Positions 57,155 to 64,000 of a stretch of DNA of 64,000 nucleotides are shown piece after piece. The position numbers and the translations under genes are program-made. Location: NCBI GenBank assembly GCA_010909165.1, contig MU008176.1, forward strand, positions 736,856-800,855, in the 5' to 3' direction. Source of the DNA: Anthoceros angustus. Its lineage: Eukaryota > Plantae > Anthocerotophyta. Position 1 is the first letter of the stretch. Every line of letters starts with the position of its first letter. Under the pieces are notes generated by a model. That model was not told where the DNA came from, ran no database searches, and was given only the letters and a program-made list of their open reading frames with translations.

Positions 57155-58537
57155 ATGCAGGTCAGGCGGACGCATGGACCTCAACTCCTGATGCGGATGC
57201 TGGGAGACGGGGCTGTGGATCCTGGTAGTTGCGACATGGATGGCGCGCTGTGGAGCCGGCTGCCGGGGGCGATGCTCACCACCATTCTGCTCCTGCTGCC
57301 ACGCATCAGCCAGTTGCGGTTCCAGGCGGTTTGCAAGAAATGGCGCGCGCTCCTCAGATCCGGCTGCGAGAATCGGTCCGGAGCCCTGCTCTGCGCCTTC
57401 CGCCTGCACATCGACGGGGGGCCTCCGTCCAGACAGCGGGAGCCAGATGCCTCTCCCGGGACGGCTCGCAGGAAGCTGCACAAGCTGGATGTTTCTCGGA
57501 GCATTCCGCACTTCTGGGATGGCCTCAACTCCCTGGACAAGCGTCCTGATGCGGATCGGATCCGCGTAGTCGCGCAAGACGGCCTCCTGGCCATCCAGGA
57601 GAGCGCGGTGGTCTCCTTGGAAGGCCCGCTCGAGCAGGAGTTCCGGAACCTCTTCTTCATCAACCCTATGACCAACACCTGGCGCAGATTGATCAAATCC
57701 GGAGTCCTCCTCAGCGATTGCGTGGAGCTCGACAAGGCCAAGACGGACATCGGCATCGACGGCAAGCTCTTCTACGCCTGCAGCAACACGCAGGACAGCT
57801 GGTTCCGGAACTGGATCACAGGCTTCTACTCCCCGGACACTCTCAGGTGGAGCCAGCCTTGGAGAAGCTCCGGCGTCTCCTGGAACCAACATGGAGGAGC
57901 AGCACGGAGGCCTCATGCCGATCAGCCCGGGCACGCCTGGTCCGATTCCTTCAACGAACGTGCCGTCATCTCCAACGGCGTTCTCTACTCCTACCAGGCC
58001 AATACCGACAGCCAGATGTCCCTTCTGGTGCACAACATCGAGGCATCCACCTCAGAGTCATTCTGCATCCAAGTGCCAGGACCCTCCCGCCATCTCCGCT
58101 TCTTCCTCGTCAAATCCCGAGCCGCAGTCTTCTTCGTCGGCCTCTCCTCATCCCCCCGGCCCGGATTTCAAATATGCAAGCTCATCCACCCCGCCAAATG
58201 GGAGCCTGTGGCATCCATGCCCGAAACCGTGCTGCAGCAACTGGAGCGCCTGGGGTTTCTTTGCAACGACGAGCAAAAGAACATGGAGATGTTCGACGCT
58301 TGCATCACGGCCGGGGACTGCATTTTCCTCCTCTTCCGAAATCCGGCCGAGCTCAGAATCGTCTGCCACGATCTGGCAACCAAGTCGTGGCACTTCGCCT
58401 TCGAGCCCGAGGGGGATCTCGCCACATTCCAGGGCTTCTTCGAGGCTAGGGTCGACGTCCCTCTCTACAAGCCCGGTTACAAGGGCAGGGACGAGCTCTT
58501 CACTTGGGAAGATCCTGCAGGCTATTTGATGTGCTAG
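57155..58537 (+). CDS. F-box protein (N-terminal F-box, C-terminal kelch/FBA-like beta-rich region), single coding exon
   Basis: LWSRLPGAMLTTILLLLPRISQLRFQAVCKKWRALL F-box motif, FFINPMTNTWRRL and WEPVASMP. The start could be 57155, 57191/57197 or 57236 (MDGALW). Confidence 0.88.
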   Translation: MQVRRTHGPQLLMRMLGDGAVDPGSCDMDGALWSRLPGAMLTTILLLLPRISQLRFQAVCKKWRALLRSGCENRSGALLCAFRLHIDGGPPSRQREPDASPGTARRKLHKLDVSRSIPHFWDGLNSLDKRPDADRIRVVAQDGLLAIQESAVVSLEGPLEQEFRNLFFINPMTNTWRRLIKSGVLLSDCVELDKAKTDIGIDGKLFYACSNTQDSWFRNWITGFYSPDTLRWSQPWRSSGVSWNQHGGAARRPHADQPGHAWSDSFNERAVISNGVLYSYQANTDSQMSLLVHNIEASTSESFCIQVPGPSRHLRFFLVKSRAAVFFVGLSSSPRPGFQICKLIHPAKWEPVASMPETVLQQLERLGFLCNDEQKNMEMFDACITAGDCIFLLFRNPAELRIVCHDLATKSWHFAFEPEGDLATFQGFFEARVDVPLYKPGYKGRDELFTWEDPAGYLMC

Positions 58538-59088
58538 TTTTAATCTAGATCCATGTGCCTACATAGCTGTGTTCACATGCAGCAACCGCGTTGTGGCTTG
58601 AAAGAAAGAATTTGGCTCACCGGCGTACGATAGTCGCTTTACGGGCGAGGAATGAGCTTGTCCCATTTGCCCAAAGCTTGGGCGATTCATGACCGGGCCG
58701 CGCGTCTCGCGGAACGTCGATCGTGCTGTCGTCACGGTGACGAAGGAATTTCCGGCAATGCGATGACAGCGGACAGGCTCGCGCTGATGGAGGCGGTGAT
58801 GAGGCCCGGGCTCTGATTTCCGGGAAGAGGACTGGTGTGCCGGGAGTTGAAATTGCTCAGCGAAGCGCTTTGTTGTTGGCTCAGGCTCAGGATCAGGAAG
58901 GATCAGGATCGCATGGCGTCTCCACCACCGTGCCCCGAGTGGGCTGCCGCGAGGGAGCTCGGGGAGGAGACCAGGATGGCGATTCTGCAGAAGGTGAGGG
59001 TGATGCAGTGGGGGAGAATTGTTTTGGCTGACTGATTTGCAAGCTGCTGATTTCGGGGTGTTGGGTTGGTGGGAATTGGGTTCTGCAG

Positions 59089-60465
59089 ATGAGCAGAGGG
59101 CCAAACCTGGTGGTGCGGATGCTGGGAGACGGGGCCCTGGGCTGCTGCAGCTGCAGCTGCGACATGGACGGGGCTCTGTGGAGCAAGCTGCCCTGGGAGA
59201 TAGTGCTCAAGGTGCTGCTCTTTCTCCCCCGCATTACCCAGCTCCGGTTCCGGGCGGTGTGCAAGGAATGGTGCGAGCTCCTGTCGGTCGTGCAACCCAG
59301 TGGGTCGGGGCCGCTTCTGTGCGCGTACCGGGTGCAGGGCGAGGAGCAGCAGGCTGTGCCTCGGAGGACGGTGTGCACCATGAACCTGTGGAGGGGCTTT
59401 CCGCACTACGGGGACAGCTACTTCCGGCAGGCGCTGAGCCACAGCCGGCTGGATGTGGACAAGCATTCGCTCACGGCCCAGGATGGGGTGCTGTGCATCC
59501 TGGTGCGGACGGATGTGGATGCGTACTGGGACAACCCTCGGAGGCGGGAGATTCGGGATGTGTTCTTCGTGAACCCCATGACCAGCACGTGGAGGAGGAT
59601 GGTGAAGACTGGGTGGCCGGATTTGTATGGCTACAACCTGTGGGACAAGGTGGAGGTGGGGAGAGCCAAGTTCGATCTGGTGAAGGACTCCTCCTCCAAG
59701 GACCCATCAGCCAAGCTGCTCTACGGGTGCAGCCTGCGGGACAGCACGTACCAGGGATGGATCACCTGCCTGTACTCGGACACCCACAACTGGGAGAACA
59801 CGGAGAGGTCTCTGAGCCCGGTGAGGCTCATGGACGAGCGCCTGTGGTTCGACCCTGTGAAGGAGAATTCGGTCATCTGCGATGGGGTTCTGTATGCGTA
59901 CGATGCCAAGGACCATCGTGTGTTTGTGCACCACTTCGAGAAGGACATCTGTGAGTGGCATGCTGCTGTTGTGCCTGGAGCCAGCCACACCCGACGCTTC
60001 TACCTTCTGGAACGTCAGGGAAGTGTGCTCTTCGCAGGCTTCTTCTGCCATGGAGGTAACCTGGGCTACCGGATTTGCAGGCTCAAAGAGGACGTAGTGT
60101 GGACATGGGAGCCCCTGGCCGTAATGCCGGACCATGTGATGAGCCAGGTGAGGGGCTGTTTCCAGGAGGAGGAGTGGAACTGGGACATGTTTGAAGCCTG
60201 TGCTGCTGGTAACTGCATCTACTTCATGTTCCGAAGCAGCACCATGGTCCAATTTGCTGGCTTTGACATGGACCGGAAGCAGTGGCAGTTAGGCTTCCAG
60301 GGTGAGGATCCTCGAGAGCTGGCCACTTACGATGGCTTCTTCGAAGCCAGGATGGACCTCCATCTCTATACTGGTCCCAGCGATGGAAGGAAGGGAGTGT
60401 ATGCTCCTTTCGGTTACGAATCGGGTGCAGGCTACGTGTTTGATCACCACGGACCCTGTACCTGA
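59089..60465 (+). CDS. F-box protein, tandem paralogue of 57155-58537
   Basis: LWSKLPWEIVLKVLLFLPRITQLRFRAVCKEWCELL, FFVNPMTSTWRRM, WEPLAVMP and GFFEARMD are collinear with the upstream gene. Confidence 0.9.
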   Translation: MSRGPNLVVRMLGDGALGCCSCSCDMDGALWSKLPWEIVLKVLLFLPRITQLRFRAVCKEWCELLSVVQPSGSGPLLCAYRVQGEEQQAVPRRTVCTMNLWRGFPHYGDSYFRQALSHSRLDVDKHSLTAQDGVLCILVRTDVDAYWDNPRRREIRDVFFVNPMTSTWRRMVKTGWPDLYGYNLWDKVEVGRAKFDLVKDSSSKDPSAKLLYGCSLRDSTYQGWITCLYSDTHNWENTERSLSPVRLMDERLWFDPVKENSVICDGVLYAYDAKDHRVFVHHFEKDICEWHAAVVPGASHTRRFYLLERQGSVLFAGFFCHGGNLGYRICRLKEDVVWTWEPLAVMPDHVMSQVRGCFQEEEWNWDMFEACAAGNCIYFMFRSSTMVQFAGFDMDRKQWQLGFQGEDPRELATYDGFFEARMDLHLYTGPSDGRKGVYAPFGYESGAGYVFDHHGPCT

Positions 60466-61028
60466 TTCTAGCATAAAAGGGCACAGGCAGCAGATGGGGC
60501 CTACTTTATTTTTCAGTGATGTTCCTAGCCTAGCTACTCACTTTTCAGTCATGCTCCAACGTATTTCGGGAGATAGGTTAGGATCTGGATAGCATCTCGA
60601 CATTCTCCGGCAGTCGGGAAAAGACACTGATCTCACTTGAGCGTTCCTGTTGTGCTAAAGCCATTGTCGAGCATATCTTTGATGGGAATACTCATTCGTG
60701 CATGCAAATTTCTTGTTCATTGCTATTGTGTTGGCCATTAGGAAATTCCTTAGCGAGCACTGATTTTATGTCTTCGCCAGGCGAGCACATTGTTTCTTGT
60801 TTTGGAGCTTACAAAGCCATCATGGCAGAACAAGTCCCCTTTCTGGCAAGAACAAATCGCCTTCCTAGCTTTCTCCTGGTTAATGTTTTACCAGTTAGCT
60901 TTTTCCTGTTAGCTCTTTCAAAGGCCAGTTTCTACTGGATTAGTCCCCTCTTCCTGGGGCGCGCTGGTTGCCTTTGTGGGGGTATGGGCACGTAGAAATT
61001 ATCTACAATCATGTATAGATGACATGAT

Positions 61029-61064
61029 ACAGGGCGATACTCTAACCAGTTGAACTACAATCCC
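61029..61064 (-). pseudogene. trnD: 5' half of an organelle/bacterial-type tRNA-Asp(GUC), truncated in the anticodon loop
   Basis: The minus strand reads GGGATTGTAGTTCAACTGGTTAGAGTATCGCCCTGT, closely resembling plastid trnD-GUC as I recall it (GGGATTGTAGTTCAATTGGT.AGAG.ACCGCCCTGTCA...). No T-arm or 3' acceptor follows. Confidence 0.7.
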
Positions 61065-62149
61065 AATCTCCCAATCCCAACGTTTCGAACCACCAGCCGT
61101 TATAGCAAAACCCTGCAAACTCCGGGCTTTACCGATCTAGTGTGTCCTGCCTTATGTTAGGGACCTTCATTGTTTTCTTTAGCTGCCCTTGTTCCTTTTT
61201 GCTCTACCCCAGGCTTTCTTATGAGGCTGGGTAAGCAGTTGGGGAGTGTTTCCTAGCTGCTTGTGTCCTGCTTTCTGTTCGATCCATAAAGTCTCGTGTA
61301 TTCGGTGTAAAAAAGATACCCTTCCCTCGCCCCCATTCTCTCGGCCGTCCTGGACCCGAATATTGAGCAGGCTAACCCAACCGAGGCCGATACTCTTCCC
61401 TGGTGGCGATCGAGCAGAGCAGCTGTGTTACTAGGAGTAACAAATAGACGGGTTAGCCGCACCATTGTTGCAATCACTCCTTTCTTGGCTCCTTCTATGT
61501 ATGTACCTTCGGGCCCATCCATTGCCAGTGTCGTGAGTTTCGCTCTAGAAACCTATGTATCTTATCCGATTTCGATTCTTTCCTGTAAAATGTGGCGTCG
61601 ATGTCGGGAGGCCAACCCTGTTGCCTTTCTGCTGCTCTTGCGTAACAGGGTTGGCCTTCCGACAGATGTACTTCGTCGTTCTGTTGCTGTCCTGCGTAGT
61701 TTGAATACTTTGCTCATGTCCTTGGATTGACTGACAGGGTGGCAGCTTCGTTTCATTCTCATTGTTTATGGTTTTGCTAACCATGTCCCAGCTTGCCCAG
61801 ACACCTGAACCCGTTGGCATAGGCTCTGGCCCGTTACAAGACGTGCATTCTATAGGACGGGATTCGCAAAATACTGAAAACCCGCCTTGCCCCTATGGCT
61901 ACCCATGGAAGCATGTTAGGCAAACAAGCCCTCGCTGAACAGTAATGCTGCCCTCCTTTAAATCCACAGCAAGGTCACCAGCTAAACCAGTGCTGCTTGC
62001 CTGGAAAAAAAGCAGGCAGAATTAGACACAGTAATTTCTTCAAGTCCTGCTGTTCAATTGGGTCAGCAGGTTGCCAAGCACGAACAGACATTTCACAGCT
62101 GACGTAAGAGGAGCTGTGGGGCCCAGGGTGGGATTGCCCGGTGGACATT

Positions 62150-62270
62150 GAAGTGAAAGATGCATGCCAAGTTTTTGACAGCTTTGCCACAAATGATGTG
62201 GTGACATGAATTGCCCTGATTGCACAGCAAGGGCTTGGACATGAAGCGCGTGTTGTGTATGGACAAAGGG
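62150..62270 (+). pseudogene. Short PPR-motif remnant
   Basis: KDACQVFDSFATNDVVT*IALIAQQGLGHEA, with TGA where TGG (W) is expected. Confidence 0.55.
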
Positions 62271-62571
62271 AGCAAGAGAGCCTGTTTTTGGCTCACCATG
62301 TTGCTTTGGAAATTCTATACCTAGTTAAACATACTTAGGTCGGTGTTTTTGGACGAATCCAGGCTTATTACCAACAGTGCGCATACGCAGGGCGCGCGAT
62401 GATAAGATAGTTCCTGATGTAAAACGCACTCCCCGTCTGTGTGTTCGTAGACTAATTTGTGTGCTGCCTGCAAGAACCTTCTCGCCTCCTCTGGATATAT
62501 ACTCAGGCAAAATTTGTTGGTTCTCTATACACGAGAGTGCATTCCAAACCCCTGAAGTCGATGCAGACAAG

Positions 62572-64000
62572 TCACAGATGGATTGCAGCCTGTAGCGCCT
62601 GAGCGGCACCGTGCTGAATCCGCTTTGATTCAGCCTTGTACTGAAGTTTCAAGGCCTTCTTCGCAATCCTCGCGTCTCTCCTTTCCGCTTTGACGGCAGC
62701 CTGCAAAATCAGTTTGGGTCTCGTAAGGCACACCATACAGCTTCCCCGTTGCAGCAACGGAAGTCACACAACACCCCCTCACCTTGTGGGCTTTCCGATC
62801 TTGGGGAGAATCACGCCTCCTACTTCCATTATCGGCCTGCGAAGGAGTCTCGTCTGATGAAGGAGGTTCGTGTATTGCTGGCAACTTCGCTTTGTTTCTG
62901 GGTTTCTCCACGCCCTTCCTCCCCACATAATCTAGTGGTAACTTCTGTTTGCCTCCCAACCTTATTGTCGGCCTGTTCTCTCCCTCACTGACAACCGTCT
63001 GCAACCTCTTCCGCCTAACCGGCCCATCATCTATCGTAGCAGGATGGTTATCCAGATTCGAAAACGTGGAAACGATCGTTTCGCAGTCCCACTTTTCCTC
63101 CGTATCAGACACCTCCTCCAACACCACTTCATGATCTGACTCTTCATCCTCGAAAAGAAACTTTTCTGGCACAAGCCGAGCCCCACCTCCGTTCAACCCA
63201 TACAATCCCTCCGCCTTGGCAGACACCCCGTCCTCCCCGTTCCTCCTAAAGCCAAGCCCAGCAGGTGTCTCGTACTGCCGGTCAGTCGTGAGCTCCGCCA
63301 GGGCTTCTTTCAGCACAGAGCTGTCCACCTCAAAGTCTGGAACGGCACCATCGTCATCTGAAGCATCATCTTCATACTCATCGAGAACCAGCTGCAGCAT
63401 CACATGCAAAAATCAGAGACGAAACCTAGAAAAAAAACCACCTCGCATGACAGGCAAACATTAGGGCACAGCAAGTGCCTCACTACCTTCTCAAACTGAA
63501 GATCCAGATCGCGGCTGGGCCTATCCTCATCCTCAGCATCCTCATCCCACACATCCTCCTCGTCTCCATCCGAGACCTCCGCTTCGTCAAAACCACTCGC
63601 GGAACCCCGGACTCCATCTCCACCCTCATTTGCAATCATGACAAAGTCATCCTCGATCTCGTCATCAGACCGCGCCTCAAAATCACTGTCATCGTCCAAA
63701 TCCTGGAACCGTCGGCCAGTCACCGCCTTGGCCACCCCACTCTCCACAGACGCGGCATAAACCTGCACAACCCGAAAGAATCAGCAGCAGCCAAACCAAA
63801 CCAACCCCCGAATCCTCAGAAAGCAGGGAAACATCACAACTTACCTTCACGTCCGGGCGGAGAGGGTTCAAGGTGAAACCGACGGCAGGTACGAAGGTGC
63901 CCTGTTCTGAGATGCTCCTGAGGTGCCGCAAATAGTTGTAGCCGTCATCAGGGAAGCCCGCGTCCACCAGCTCCTGCCTCTGCTCGGCCGAAAGCGGAGG
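62572..64000 (-). CDS. LTV1: LTV1 homologue (40S ribosome biogenesis factor), 5' end beyond the window
   Basis: Exons >64000-63845, 63762-63487, 63391-62783 and 62700-62572 with GT-AG introns in phase. Motifs: GFPDDGYNYLRHLR; EDDFVMIAN; LDLQFEK..LDEY; EKWDCETIVSTFSNLDNHP..I; RKAHKAAVKAERRDARIAKKALK. Confidence 0.92.

Noticed and set aside
57074-60252. Long overlapping ORFs antisense or out of frame to the F-box genes
   Set aside because: Expected by-products of GC-rich codon usage; no recognisable domains.
61253-61820. Short minus-strand ORFs as a possible gene or retroelement fragment
   Set aside because: No motif I can recognise and no consistent splice pattern; left unannotated.

Overview
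Eukaryotic nuclear DNA from a land plant, most likely a non-seed plant. A hornwort- or lycophyte-like source is inferred from the PLS-class PPR genes, ~90-nt GT-AG introns and ~50% GC genes; it is not proven. Block 1 (1-16 kb) holds an intronless PLS-E+ PPR gene, three diverged copies of an uncharacterised gene family, and an 18-exon HAP2/GCS1 gamete-fusogen gene that I spliced by hand to about 1749 aa. That HAP2 has an altered Cys pattern and a cytoplasmic tail of about 1150 aa (polybasic stretch, 18-aa amphipathic repeats, polyproline, Gln-rich end); it is the best candidate for new biology here. Block 2 (16-30 kb) is an exportin-T (PAUSED)/PEX3 divergent gene pair present as a mosaic of near-identical fragments joined in direct orientation at 7-12 nt microhomologies. 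This is more likely an assembly or read-correction artefact than biology, but template switching is not excluded. Block 3 (30-51 kb) holds nested and partly scrambled non-LTR retrotransposons (three families) plus PPR remnants. Block 4 (51-56 kb) has an extremely GC-rich 32-bp tandem array and a decayed PIF/Harbinger element. Block 5 (57-64 kb) has two tandem F-box genes, half of an organelle-type tRNA-Asp and the 3' part of LTV1. All gene calls are by motif recognition from memory; no database search was run. Coordinates of decayed elements are approximate.
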